Source: the human T2T-CHM13v2.0 reference genome, Homo sapiens
Assembly (NCBI RefSeq): GCF_009914755.1
Contig: NC_060944.1
Strand: one strand, 5' to 3'
DNA: 64,000 bases
Position 1 is the first letter of the stretch. Each line of letters begins with the position of its first letter. Made by a program: the position numbers and the translations under genes. Of this stretch, positions 1-46,330 are shown piece by piece. Under the pieces are notes generated by a model. That model saw nothing but the letters and a program-made list of their open reading frames with translations, made no database searches and had not been told where the DNA came from.

Positions 1-1260
<1,260 letters not shown>

Positions 1261-1439
1261 GAAGTTGATATAAAATGGTTGTCTGAGTTCCAGCACGCAG
1301 GTGGGGCCATGGGTTCACAGGCGTTTATCATTTTATAAATAGCTATAAAGAGATTGTTAGATGGAAGGGTAGGTGGGGCTGTTCAGGTGCCCTTTCAGTA
1401 TTTCATTATGGAATTATGAATCATTCAATCCTACTTACT

Positions 1440-3507
<2,068 letters not shown>

Positions 3508-3527
3508 TGATGGGATAAAATTTTTTA

Positions 3528-3650
<123 letters not shown>

Positions 3651-3671
3651 CTACTAAAAATACAGAAATCA

Positions 3672-3977
3672 GGCCGGGCGCGGTGGCTCACGCCTGTAAT
3701 CCTAGCACTTTGGGAGGCCGAGACGGGCGGATCACGAGGTCAGGAGATCGAGACCATCTTGGCTAACACGGTGAAACCCCGTTTCTACTAAAAATACAAA
3801 AAATTAGCCGGGCGTGTTGGCGGGCGCCTGTAGTCCCAGCTACTTGGGAGGCTGAGGCAGGAGAATGGCGTGAACCCCAGGGGGCGGAGCTTGCAGTGAG
3901 CCGAGATCGCGCCACTGCACTCCAACCTGGGAGACACAGCGAGACTCCGTCTCAAAAAAAAAAAAAAAAAAAAAAAA
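3672..3977 (+). mobile_element. Full-length young AluY nested in the A-rich linker of an AluS (3534-4149)
   Basis: AluY diagnostics (GAGATCGAGACCATC, GGCGTGAACC, GAGCTTGCAG), intact CpGs, pure poly(A), and TSD AAAAATACAGAAATCA at 3656-3671 and 3973-3988. Confidence 0.92.
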
Positions 3978-4351
3978 TACAGAAATCAGGCATGGTGGCA
4001 TGTGCCTGTAATCCTAGCTACTCGGGAGGCTGAGGCAGGAGAATTTCTTGAACCTGGGAGGCAGAGGTTGAAGTGAGCAGGATCACGCCGCTGCACTCTA
4101 GCCTGGGTGACAGAACGAGACTCTGTCTCAAAAAAAAAAAAAAAAAAAACCCTCCTCTTCTAGGACTTCTGTGATGTGGGCATTAAAATGAATGTTTTAG
4201 GTCTTCATGGGCTCACATGGAAAAATGTCCAGGACACCTGTTGGTTGAAAGAAGGAAGATGCAGAATAAAATGTACAGAATGATCCCATTTTTGAAAATT
4301 AAAATTACGTGACAAAGAAAAAAATAGGAATGAAGTGAATGAATGGCCTGA

Positions 4352-5089
<738 letters not shown>

Positions 5090-5787
5090 GTGCACGTTTT
5101 TTAGTTCTCTTTTAAACTGCTGTGGGCATGGTTCTCCTCTTGTATTGCAGTTGCGTTTCTCTTAGCTAATGTCCCACCTGGGCCTTGTCCTTGGCCTGGA
5201 CTATAAGAGAGCGGAACTTGAGAATGAGAAATATTTTCCTCTCGTGCTTGCTGGCTTAGGCCCTTAAAACTGGAAAGGGCCCACCTGGCTCCTAGAGTTT
5301 CTAAAAATAGCAAGCTATCTGAACTTTTCCTATAGGTTTGGCTTAGCCGTTCCTCTGACTTGTTCCAAGATGCCATTTCTGTTAGGGCATCATTCGCTGT
5401 GCATGAAAACAAAGGATGGCAGGAGACAGACTAGAAACGGAAGAGGACTAATCGGGAGCCGCTGCGGACAGAATCCAGAAATGCCCTGCAAATGCAGACA
5501 CAGTGGACGCAATGGAGAGTGCATACCAGGGCCTTTGTCGCTGGTGGAGCTGGGGCCCACATGCCGCTAGTGTAGACAGGATCTCTACTCCACCCGATCT
5601 CTCTGCATCCACTCCAGTGCTTCGGGCAAGAGAGAGGAGTTTGGCTGCTGGTTTAAGTGAGATGGGGAAATTGAAAGATTTGCATCCAAGGCCCATGCCT
5701 GGGGTCTGAATTCCTTTGGAAGAGGACTGAGGACTGTTCAGGAGACGATTTTTGACAATCCAGACACAACCATAGATGCTGTGGAAC

Positions 5788-6914
<1,127 letters not shown>

Positions 6915-7787
6915 TCTGGGGACAACATGGCAAAGAATATCACCGAACTGAGGAGGAAGCCATTCTCTTCACATCTGCCCAGAACCCAGGGTATCTCAAG
7001 CACTAAACAGCGGGAAGCTTTGGGAGTTTACAGAGATGGCACCATGGACGCTGCTGTGCTGGGCAGGGAAGCGTCTCCAAATGGCCTCAGAGGAAAGAGG
7101 AAGCAGGAAGGATGAATAAAACTAGAGACTGGTTCACAAAGGCACTCGAAATACCCCTTTGGAGCTCCCCAGGATGAACTGGGGGACCCTGGGGGGAGCA
7201 CTGAGGTTCTGATGGGGAAAACCTCAGCAACCAGTGGGCATCTGGGCCAAATCACTTAGCACAAACGCTGAGCCACAAAATCATGATACGCTTTCAACAA
7301 CCCATTAGGCACCTCAGAAGCTGCAGGGCCATAGGGTTGTTACAACCGACACCCATGCAGGTGGTACCACAGGCCATCAGTCCTTTTCCCCAAGTCCACC
7401 TTCATTCCCGCCTCGTCCAGTACCATCCTGGACTTCTCTAGGGAAGTGGTGGGGAGATTTACTCCTCTCCAAACTTCTTTTTTTTTTTTTTTGAGACGAA
7501 GTCTCGTTCTGTTGGCCAGGCTGGAGTGCAGTGGCACGATCTCAGCTCACTGCACCTCTCCCTCCCCAGTTCAAGTGATTCTCCTGCCTCAGCCTCCCAA
7601 GTAGCTGGGACTATAGGCACGCACCACCACGGCCAGCTAATTTTTGTATTTTTAATAGAGATGAGGTTTCACCATGTTGGCCAGGCTAGTCTCAAACACC
7701 TGACTTTAGGTGATCCGCCTGCCTTGGCCTCTGAAAGTGCTGAGATTACAGGCGTGAGCCACCGCGCCCAGCCTCACTCCAAACTTG

Positions 7788-7817
7788 ATCTTACTCTCAG
7801 ACATCTTACTCTCAGAC
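7788..7817. repeat. Perfect 15-bp tandem duplication beside an Alu (7477-7773)
   Basis: ATCTTACTCTCAGAC twice. Confidence 0.93.
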
Positions 7818-9423
7818 GCTTAAGTTCTCAGTTCGGAACTTAAGCGCTCTTCAACCAGACTCATGGAATCTCAGGGTTGCGGAGAGATTTTAGAGGTTTC
7901 CTGAAATAGTCCCTTTGTTTTAAAGACGAGGAAGCTGAGAGAAGGGAAGTGACTTGCTCAAGGTCACAGAGAAAATCCAGGGTGGAACTGGGTAGGGTGA
8001 CCAATTGTCCCAGTTTACCTGGGACTGGGGGGGCTTCTGGACAAGTTGCTCCCAGATCTGAGACCACAACTCAGGGCTGACTTGTCCCCAAGGTGGGTGG
8101 TGGGGGGTTCACAGCCAGTCCCTGAAAGGAAAGGAGGCCTGGATCAGTACAGAGCTGCTTTGGGATGGAATTTTCCAAGGGAAGAAAAAAGAAAAGGCCA
8201 CATCTGGGTGCTGGGACCTTTCACTCTGGCCCGATGCCTGGAACCCCAGGGATTCCCCACCTGCTGTGTGTTTCCTGGCCCTTGAGTGTAACCTGCACCC
8301 TCCCTTTCCGTGCCAGGGAGACACGAGCTGACTTTATCTGTCTCTTATCTCTTGGCTGCTGCCAGCCACAGCTGCAGGGATATATATGCAAATAGCTTAC
8401 GATAATATTAATATGTGATTCCCCCCAGGGGAGGCATGTGGAAAGCGCTGTATGCGTTTCACAATTCTGTTTCATCCAAAAACACTGCACGGGCCCAGAG
8501 TGATTTGAAACAGATTTTCTGCAAAGGCAAAATAAAATTGGAACAAAACCTAGTTGAGGCATATGCCAGTTTCCCTGCCCCCAGCTCTCTCCACCTCTGA
8601 CATATTAACCCTCTTCTCTCATGCCCCCAGGAGCCTCCTACGACAAGGCAGCAAATCTAGGAAATTGCACTGGGCACTCTTCGTTCAAGCCTGGAGCCCC
8701 TGCCCCATCCCAGGGCAGCCAGCCTCCACCCTGGGCTGACACATCCTTTAGAGAGTAAAAGGCTGCTTGCCAGTGTCAGCCTGTCACTCCTTCTGTCCCA
8801 CCTCTGCCTCCTTCCTGCAGGTAATGCTCCATCCATACCTCCTTCTCCTTCACCCCTGCTGCTTGGGATAATTGCAGAACCATGGAGCACAGAATACAGA
8901 ATACTGGGGGTGTACAGGAGAGTTTAGCCAAAGCAAGTCGGAAAAACCTAGGTCTTTTTTCGTTTCTGCCACTGACCGGCTGTGTGACCTCAGCAAGTCA
9001 CTTCACTTCGCCCAGCTGCTGTTTCCTCAGGGTACAATGAGGACACCAATAATACTTACCCTGCAGGGGGCTTACCGGGATTTCCCGAGCCGACGCTTCA
9101 AAAATGCCTACACAGTGCCTGGCGTATAGCAGATACACAAGGAATAGCTGTCATCATGAGAATCTCTTAAAGATCACCTAGTTCAACCACTGTTTTAGAA
9201 ACGGACAAATGGAGGCCTGCAGAGGGCAAATAACTTGCCTAAGGCCACACAGCACGATACCGCCATCCCATCTCAGCCTCAACCCAGGTTCCCTCCTCCG
9301 GCCTTGGGAGCTCCAGGTGGCCTGTGAGGAACGGCTGCCTCCTCCTGTCACCCCCAGCTCCAGAAGTCTGTCCACACAAGGCGGCGTCACGGCACACATG
9401 GGGAGCAGTCACTTCACACTCAC

Positions 9424-9840
9424 CATCGAGCAGGTCTGGACACTCGAGTGCAGTCCCGCCGCCCTCCTTGCAGCTGCCTCACTTTCCCTATTGCCGCCAG
9501 CAAGCGTCTGCTCCCATCTGGCCCGGGACTCCCGGACTCGAGCTAGGGCTCTGCAAATTCCATCCACACTGGCCACCAGCCGCTGGTCCCGCTCTCTGGG
9601 AAGATCGCCTTGAGGACCTGCTGCGCCCCGAGTCTTCCTTCTGGTGCAGGGAGGCCGGTGCCCTGCCGGGCTCTGATAATGCAGCCGGGACTCTTATCTG
9701 GCCTGTGTCAGGGTGCAGGCGGCCATGGAGCTGGGGTTCCAGGAAGCCCTCCTGGGGCCCCCCAGCCGGCCCCGCTCCCCCCGGATGCCGCCTGCTGCTC
9801 TGGACGCGGCCGATTGCTTGTCAGTGTCACTCCCAGCTCT
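9424..9840 (-). other. RIPOR3: Probable distal first exon of RIPOR3 (FAM65C): 5'UTR ending in a lone ATG before the donor; 5' end approximate
   Basis: The minus strand reads ctcgATG|GTGAGTGTG, with ATG at 9426-9424 and a consensus donor at 9423-9418, in a GC/CpG-enriched Alu-free region. RIPOR3 is the known minus-strand neighbour upstream of PARD6B. The assignment rests on recalled gene order, not on coding sequence visible here. Confidence 0.7.
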
Positions 9841-10450
9841 GCCGGGGGGAATTCCATGCTGGCCCCCAGCAGGCGGGGCCCCCACCCCTTCACGTCCCAC
9901 CCCCCACTCCCATTTTGGCAAGGGGACTGGGAAAAGGCAGCTAATTTCAAGTCCGCACAGCGTTTGTGGTCGTGTCCTGAATCCTCCACGATTAATCACA
10001 GAGCATCTGATTTCTGCTTTGCCTCAGAGAGGGGCGGAGGGGACGCCTGGAAGTTTCTGTTTACTCCATTCTGCACCAGGCTGCGTGCTAATCACAAACA
10101 GACTGGGACGCAGCCTACCCCTCCTAAACTGCTCTTGGCCACCCCCTCCCTCCTCCAGCCCTCTCCTTCCTCTTCTTACCTTGTCACTTTCCTCCAGCCC
10201 CTTCCTCACTCTTTCTCCTTTCCCTCCTTTCTTTCCCCTTTCCCATCTGTCCGCCTCTTCAGTCCAGATCTGATCCATTGCACACCCCTTCCTTCCGTCC
10301 TGGGTTTCCCCCAAGCCCCTTTCCCCCTTTGCGCCTCCCACTTCTCCTAGATTGAGAGTCAGCTTGGTTCTTTCCTTTACATCCATTAGTGAGGGTCAGG
10401 CTCTTTTGTTATGTTTTTTTTTCTTTTGTATAACTTAATTATTTCAGGGT
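9841..10450 (-). promoter_or_regulatory. RIPOR3: Putative promoter of the RIPOR3 distal first exon
   Basis: GC box and CACCC (SP/KLF) boxes at 9872-9911 and a pyrimidine-rich tract at about 10140-10350. Alu-free and directly upstream, on the minus strand, of the ATG|GTGAGT exon. Confidence 0.55.
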
Positions 10451-10975
10451 TCGGGGTGGGCGCTCGCCCCATGCCCAGTCACACTGGTGTGTGTGCAACT
10501 CTTACAAAGTTAACAGTTTCTCCAGGTCAAGGGGTGGGATCCAGGCTTGGTGATGTGCACAATTTCTTTTGTCCACTTGACACATCTCTGCGTCCTGATT
10601 CTGCTCAGGGACGGACCCAAGAACAAAGCAGCCATTTACCGCCTCCGGAGGGGAGGCCAGCCCTGTGGCACATCCAGGGCCTTGGAACACCTAGAGACAG
10701 ATTTCTCTCCCTCGCCTTGGCTCCTTTCCACTCTGCAGCTAGTGTGGAAAAGAAACCAGAAATAAACAGCACCAAAGAACAGGAACGGACACCCCTCCCC
10801 ATTAAAGCACACACACAGACTCTGAAGGGTAATTTGGCAAAGACCTCTGAAAACCAGAGATGAGGGTCTCCTACTACTTATGCCTGTGCACAGGAGACAG
10901 GCACAGAGATGCTTGCTGAGAGCTGCTTATCATAGGAAATGATGGGAAATAACTGAAATGCTCATCCAATAATGA

Positions 10976-13015
<2,040 letters not shown>

Positions 13016-13036
13016 AGAACACCCCCAGCCCCCACC

Positions 13037-13170
13037 AAAAAGAAAGAAAGAAAGAGAAAAGAAAGAAAGAAAGAAAGAGAAAGAAAGGAAGGAAGGAAGA
13101 AAAGAAAGAGAGCGAGAGACAAAAAAGAAAAGAAAAGAAAAAAATGAAAGGAAGGAAATAAGGAAGAAAG
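13037..13170. repeat. GA-rich (GAAA/GGAA)n polypurine tract
   Basis: About 130 bp that is almost entirely purine on the + strand. Confidence 0.9.
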
Positions 13171-13857
13171 AGCAATCCTTAGGGGTGAACCCAGAAATTC
13201 TGCAAACATTCTAGTTTGAATCACCTCCGGTTAGATGTCCAGACCCATGAGCCAACAGTGACTTATTCCAGAGTGAAATTCCTTCAGGGTAGGAGAGCCA
13301 TCGAGTTAGTTTGTAGTGGGCTGAAGTCTCCTGGAAATGAGGTCGGCAGATATATATTGGAAAGCAAAGATTTGGTTTCAGGAAGCAATATCACCTACTC
13401 TAACTAATAAAACACAAAAACCACTTTGAAGCATTTTCAAGGAATGAATATGAACAAGTTCAGACATTATGCAAAGGGCAGTTGAGAAAGCCATTTCATT
13501 TCAGCCACTTCCCACCCCCTCACTGACTAAATATATGGCCACATGCATCTCACCGACAGGACGGGCAAATAAATGGCCCTTGTGTTCATGACAAGGAGCT
13601 GTGGATAGAATTCTGCAGTGTGCTCTTTTCTGTCCATCACTTGTTAAACGCCTGCCAGCTTTGGGAAAACAGCTGGGGGAGTTACTAGACAAGACAAATG
13701 ATATTCCCCACAGCCCCCCATCCCCCACAACCACCACCAATCAGGGCACCCAGCCCTGACCCCATCTTCCAGGGCAGAAGGAAGCTCCAGGTTTGGAGCC
13801 CGGCAGCCTCAGGTCTGGGTTTCCAGCCTTCTTCGGATGTGGCACAGCCAGACCTTT

Positions 13858-14190
13858 CAGTGTTTCTCAAAGTGGGCCTCCCGAAGGGGTGCCACCCAAG
13901 CTGACTTTAGATGACACACAGACTGGGCACTAAACACTGAATCTCATAGTGAGAAAGCCATTTCCCTCCTATGACCATGCTGGTTCAATGCCATTTGGCC
14001 GGGAGAAAGTCTCAGCTTGAGCTAGCCTGTCTTTAACACCTAACATTGGCCAATCTCCCTTTTTAACAAAGAGAAAGCCGGCCCCACGCTTAGGTCATTC
14101 CACTGCTAACAGCATCTAGCTAGAACTGTGTTTGGCAATTGATCATGGTTTTCCATGAACATTCTATTTTTTTGGTGTTTTTTTTTTTCC
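13858..14190. mobile_element. hAT-Charlie-like DNA transposon fragment
   Basis: Begins CAGTGTTTCTCAAAGTGG, a Charlie-type TIR. Subfamily not identified. Confidence 0.45.
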
Positions 14191-14199
14191 AGTTTAAAA

Positions 14200-15275
<1,076 letters not shown>

Positions 15276-15434
15276 GGGAGGACGTTAATCAATTTAAATA
15301 CAAATATTAAGTACATAAGAGCCCAGGTTGCAAATGAATATGGCCAAAGTTGTGAAGGTGGGACCTGAGTTGGTGGCATTTGGTGGACCCTAGGCTACAA
15401 GATAGCCTGGCAAATAGCAGGGACAACTGAAATG

Positions 15435-17620
<2,186 letters not shown>

Positions 17621-18084
17621 ATAGGGACCCACAAAACCAAGTGCTCAGTGCAGGGGCAGAGCAGTAGAGGCAGGGGGATGGACCTCTGCCTTTGAGGACC
17701 AAGGGGGTATCGCAGGAAATTATGTCAACAGGGTCTTGAAGGATGAGAAAACAGAAAGCTTCCCCGATCTTTCTAGATTGATACTCTGACCTGGCCCTCA
17801 AGGGAGGGCCATGCCCGGCAGCTTAAGGGTCCTGCAGAGCCTTTTGGTCTCTGACCCCAAATCCACTGGAACAATCTCAGTCCTTTTAAGGTGCCAGCCT
17901 CTCTCCTGTGTCCTGTGGTTCCCCCAGCCTGGATCTCTCTAGGTCCCACCCACCTTGCCTTTCACCTGGTTAATACCTTAACTCAACCCGCTGGAATCCA
18001 GCTAAGGAGTCTCAATCTCCCACAGCCTTCTCCAAGCCCCCACTCTGGGCACAGTGCTCCTCTACCAAGCATCCTGGCTGCCCC

Positions 18085-18735
18085 ATCAGGGCAGAACTGG
18101 GTGAGCACATGGACCCTGGAGTTCCATCCTGGCTTCTCCGCTTCTGAGCTGCATGACTTTGGGCAAGTAACTTGGCCTCTCTGGGCCTCCATTTCCTCAT
18201 CTGTAAAATGGGGATGACAACAGTGCCGCATTGCGCTGCTGTGAGCATTAGGTGAAATAATACTTGGCTTCTCGATGTGTATACAGACCAGCAGATTGGG
18301 CATCCCCTGGGAGGTTGCTGGTGCAGCATCCCAGGCCCCACCCCGGAACTACAGAACCAGATTCTGCAATTTTTTTTTTTTTTTTTGGAGACAGAGTCTC
18401 ACTCTGTTGCCCAGGCTAGAATGCAGTGGTGCGATCTCAGCTCACTGCAACCCTCTGCCTCCCAGCTTCAAGCAATTCTCCTGTCTCAGCTCTCAAGGAG
18501 TAGCTGGGATTACAGGCACATGCCACCATGCCTGGCTAATTTTTTTGTATTTTTAGTAGAGACAGAGTTTCACCATGTTGGTTAGGCTGGTCTCAAACTC
18601 CTGACCTCAGGTGATCTGCCCGCCTCAGCCTCCCAAAGTGCTGGGATTAAAGGCATGAGCCGCTGTGCCCGACGTCTGCATTTTCTCAGGATCTCTAAGT
18701 GATTCACATACATGTTAAATGTGACAAGCACTGAA
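18085..18735. mobile_element. MIR (about 18085-18260) and a MER5-type DNA element split by an antisense Alu (18370-18672)
   Basis: MIR core (tgactttgggcaagtaactt..tttcctcatctgtaaaatggggat) and MER5-like text (ccaggccccacccc..agattctgca|ttttc..gtgattc). Confidence 0.7.
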
Positions 18736-20214
18736 ACATTATATGTAAAATACTGAGACTGCCTGACACATACTTGGCTCCTATTAAATGTATGTTGTTG
18801 TTATCATCATCATCATCATCATCCCACAGTATTGCCTGTTTTCTCATCCTCCTCCACCTGAGAGGAAAGACCACAGAGGGAGCATTTAAGCCAGCCCTAG
18901 TCAGAGGAGAATCACCAATCCCAGTGGTCTGAACATGAATGCCTGCAAACCTTGCCACCAAGGGCTACAGTACTCTGTGTCACGACTGCCATGGGCACCA
19001 CGGCATCCTTGTGCCTAGAGTGGAGGGGGAGCTTGATAAACGCTGCGTGATTTTAAGTCATTTGTCTAATTCACATGGAAAAGCCAGACTGGAACCAGGC
19101 AACATCACTCTTGGCTGAGCCCTTTTGGACTCATTACTTCCCAATGCTCAAGCATCCTTTGGATGAAGAGCAGAGACAGAGCCTGAGTTTGGGGAGAGGA
19201 TTAGGGGATGGTGCTTAACAGAAGGAAGAGTCTCCAAACCTATTCTACTTGGTAAAATCCATCATTTGCCTAAGGATAATGGCACAAAAATTCTCCCCCA
19301 TGATCAACCCCATCTACCTTCTGCCCTGATGAGAATGGTCAGATTGCTGGAGTCTTTCTGGAGATAAATATTCTAATCCATCACTACTAGGCGTCTCCGC
19401 TACTCTCATCTTCACCCATCCTGAGCCTCATTTCAGGCCCCTTTGATCCCATGTGACTAATCTATCAGATAGAAGTCGGTTCTGTGGAGCTGGTGAGGCC
19501 TTTGGAATGACAAGCTCTCCCTCTGGCCTCAACAAGGACCGTAAACCTTGGTTCAGCCGAGGAATGAATCTGCCCTGAAATCTGGGGGCCTTATCAGTTT
19601 TGGAGATTAGCAAAGGCCGAGTCCTGACCTGAAAGAAAATCCCAGACACTCGCCACACTCCCTTTGGGACTCTGCAAAGTCAAATTTTTTCAGAAACCAA
19701 TTCCAGTTAAGTAAATAGTTTCTGCACATGAGTGCCCACAGGGTTCCTCAGAGGACCTGACATTCTCCACTTGGTGACTGTCATTTCCTTACAAACACAA
19801 CATTGAAAGCGATCTTTGCATTCCCAAAATGATTCCGCCAGCTGAGGAATTCTACAATTCTTCTTGAGTTCAAGGCTGCCACTTTATTTATTGTGTGCTT
19901 TTATGACAACAGCCCCTAAATGCATCCTGTATGATTTGATAAGGGCCTCTTGGCCCCACTGCCCCCACCCCATGTGTGTCTTTCTTTGCCACAAATTTCC
20001 AGCACACTGTTCAAATATGTACCACCTAAATTGAACCCTCATGCTGGGAGCACTAATGGGACGCCCCTTCAAAGCGACTTTCTGTAACCCAACAGTTTAC
20101 ATGTTGCTGGAAACAATGGACTTAAGCACACAATTTATTTGTGTTGGCTGGTTTCATGCTGGTTGGAATCTGCTTTGGGGGGAAAACAAACTCTGCATCT
20201 GTTTAGATTTATAA

Positions 20215-22928
<2,714 letters not shown>

Positions 22929-23499
22929 TTAGGGGAATCTAGAATCTGGCTCCATTTTACATATAAATACAGAGCACTTTTTGCATAGTTTTAACAAACA
23001 CTAAATTTTCCTGGAATGCAGTGACCATGTAAATTGAGAGAGGCCTGTGCTTAACTTCGTTCAGGAATTCACCAAGCACTGTTCACTGCTCTGGAGTAAC
23101 AGTCCTGGCAGCAACTCCACCCAGCCGCAATGCCCCACACCTGGATCTTTCTGCAATGGTCGCTGTCACCTGCAAAGTGTTTCCACCTGTGAGTTCAAGC
23201 ACCTGGATACTTCATTAGAACTTCCAGCATTAAAGTACATCTGATTTGATTATAAGTGACCTACCATTTAATCTCCTCGATTTTATAGTTTGAGAATTAC
23301 ACATAGATGTTTTCATGATCTGAGTAGGTAGGTTATATTATTTATGAATTTCATTTCAGGGTAGACAAGGAGGCACTAGGTCTGGTAGGGCTGAAACCAC
23401 AGGCATCTTCAAGCACCTCCTTTGGCTGTGTGAGAAGATGAACCAGGCTGACATAAGAACTAACAAGAGGTATGGAGTTAGAGCTCAGAGGGCCAGGAG

Positions 23500-25445
<1,946 letters not shown>

Positions 25446-25613
25446 AAGCAAAGATGAAGCTGCAGAGATAAGGAGGGCACACCTAGGCTAATCTGGAGCC
25501 ATTGAGGGCTTTAGGCATCACAGTGGCAATACAGGTTTGCGTTTTAGAAGGATCACTGTGGAGGATGAACTGGAGATGGGCAAAAACAGACAGCTTTAAA
25601 AGGTGACGAAGGG

Positions 25614-29335
<3,722 letters not shown>

Positions 29336-29339
29336 AAAA

Positions 29340-39566
<10,227 letters not shown>

Positions 39567-39701
39567 TGCTCTTCTTTTTTTTGAACAATATAAACATGGT
39601 GTATTAACACCAAATAGTTGTGAGGATGGAACGCTTGTGAAATGCATAGCACAGTGTTCCCAGCCACTGTGATCAGTATTATAGAAGAATTTTGATTATT
39701 A

Positions 39702-40480
<779 letters not shown>

Positions 40481-40497
40481 GAACAAATACACTTCCT

Positions 40498-44790
<4,293 letters not shown>

Positions 44791-44819
44791 CAATCAATAA
44801 TAATTAAATCAAAGAAGGT

Positions 44820-46330
44820 AGATACTATTACTACCTTCATTTTACCTGAGGAAACAAAGATTGAGAGACAAGTGTCCAGGGTTCCACAGCGGGGTGGTGG
44901 CAGAACCGCATGTGACCCCTGAATGGTCAAGTCTAGTGCCCGCCTCCTTAGCTGCTGTGCCCACCATCTCCAGGGGAGTTTATGGTTCCCTCTCCATGAG
45001 TCTGACTTCTCAGCTCGACCCTGAGTTCCTTGGAGGCAAGCACTCTGTCGCGTTCATGTCTGTTTCTTTGTCTGATCCATGGTAGGTGCTCCAGGAACGT
45101 TTGTTGGAGCAGTCTGTCCATGGAAGGTGCAGTGCTCAACGGCAGGAATCAATCACAGTGTCATTCTTTCGTTGTTGTTTTCCTTTATCTCCATGCACAA
45201 TGTTATACATACAGTTGGGGCTCATTACATACATGCTACATTAATGAATTATATTATGACAGTAGGTAATAAAAATAATTAGACAGCAATAATGACAATA
45301 ATATGTAACACTTAGGGCATCCTTACTCTCCGTTGGGCACTATCCTAAGTGCTTTGTATATGAATTAAAACAATTCATTGTCTTATTATGCTCATTTTAC
45401 GGATGAGAAGACAGAGGCTCAAAGAAGTTAAGAACTTGCCTAAGGTCACATAGTTAGAAAATGGCAGAGGCAGGACTCAACTGTATGTATCTGGCTTGAG
45501 TCATGCTCTTAATGATTGCTCTTGGCCTCTCTGAGGGATGTCTACTGAGAGGTTACCCGGTGTGAAAACAAAAAGAAGCATTTATTTATTACACATTTCC
45601 ATTTTATTTCAAGGAACTCCTTTCAAAGGCTTTGGTAGGCAACATTATTTGCTAAATGAAACCCAGTAATATCTGTACCAGACTTGATGGTTTGCAGAGC
45701 AGTTTCATGTATGGTTCCTCATCTGAGCCCTGCAACAATCTGGTGAGGTAGGCATTGCTGTCTACTTCTGTTTATAGAGGAACAGAGGAGAAATCTGAGG
45801 CTCTGAGTGGTTAAGTGAACAGGGTCAAGGTCACCCAGACAGCAAGGAGCAGAGCAACGACTCAAATAAATGTCTATCAGTTTAAAAAACAAAGATCTGA
45901 TGCCTCCAAATATGAAGTTATTTCATGCAACTTAAAATCAAATAAGTAAATAGCAGCTTAGCCAGTTTCTGGCACCTGGTAGGTCTCATAAATGTTAACT
46001 ATCAACTATCTTCATCAACACCTCCTGGGAAGTGGAATAGTTTGGCTGATGACTGCAGCCTGTCTGTTGACCCTGATGGAAAGATTATTATTTTCATTCC
46101 AGTTCATCCCTGGTAATGTTGAAATAATGATCAATCTCCATTATCCCTGGAGTACCATAGAATGTTATGAGCTGGAAGGGGTTGTGGAGATGATCTCATC
46201 AGGTCCTGCATTTACAGATGGAGAAATTGAGTCCGAGAGAGGGGTCAGAAAGCAAACCCGTGGCAGACCAAGCCAAGGGCAAGGCTTAGGCACCGTGCCT
46301 GGCACATACTGCCTCCTGCAAAGCTGAGTT
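44820..46330. mobile_element. MIR and L2-tail relics upstream of the PARD6B promoter
   Basis: MIR cores (cattttacggatgagaagacagaggctc..cttgcctaaggtcaca; tttacagatggagaaattgag) and L2 3' ends (ctggcacctggtaggtctcataaatgtt). Confidence 0.65.

Noticed and set aside
9209-10386. Stack of 93-246-aa ORFs on both strands near the RIPOR3 exon
   Set aside because: GC-rich and pyrimidine-tract sequence with no protein similarity that I recognise.
45822-45833. GGGTCAAGGTCA nuclear-receptor-like motif
   Set aside because: It sits in a MIR, whose consensus commonly contains CAAGGTCA, so the motif alone is not evidence.
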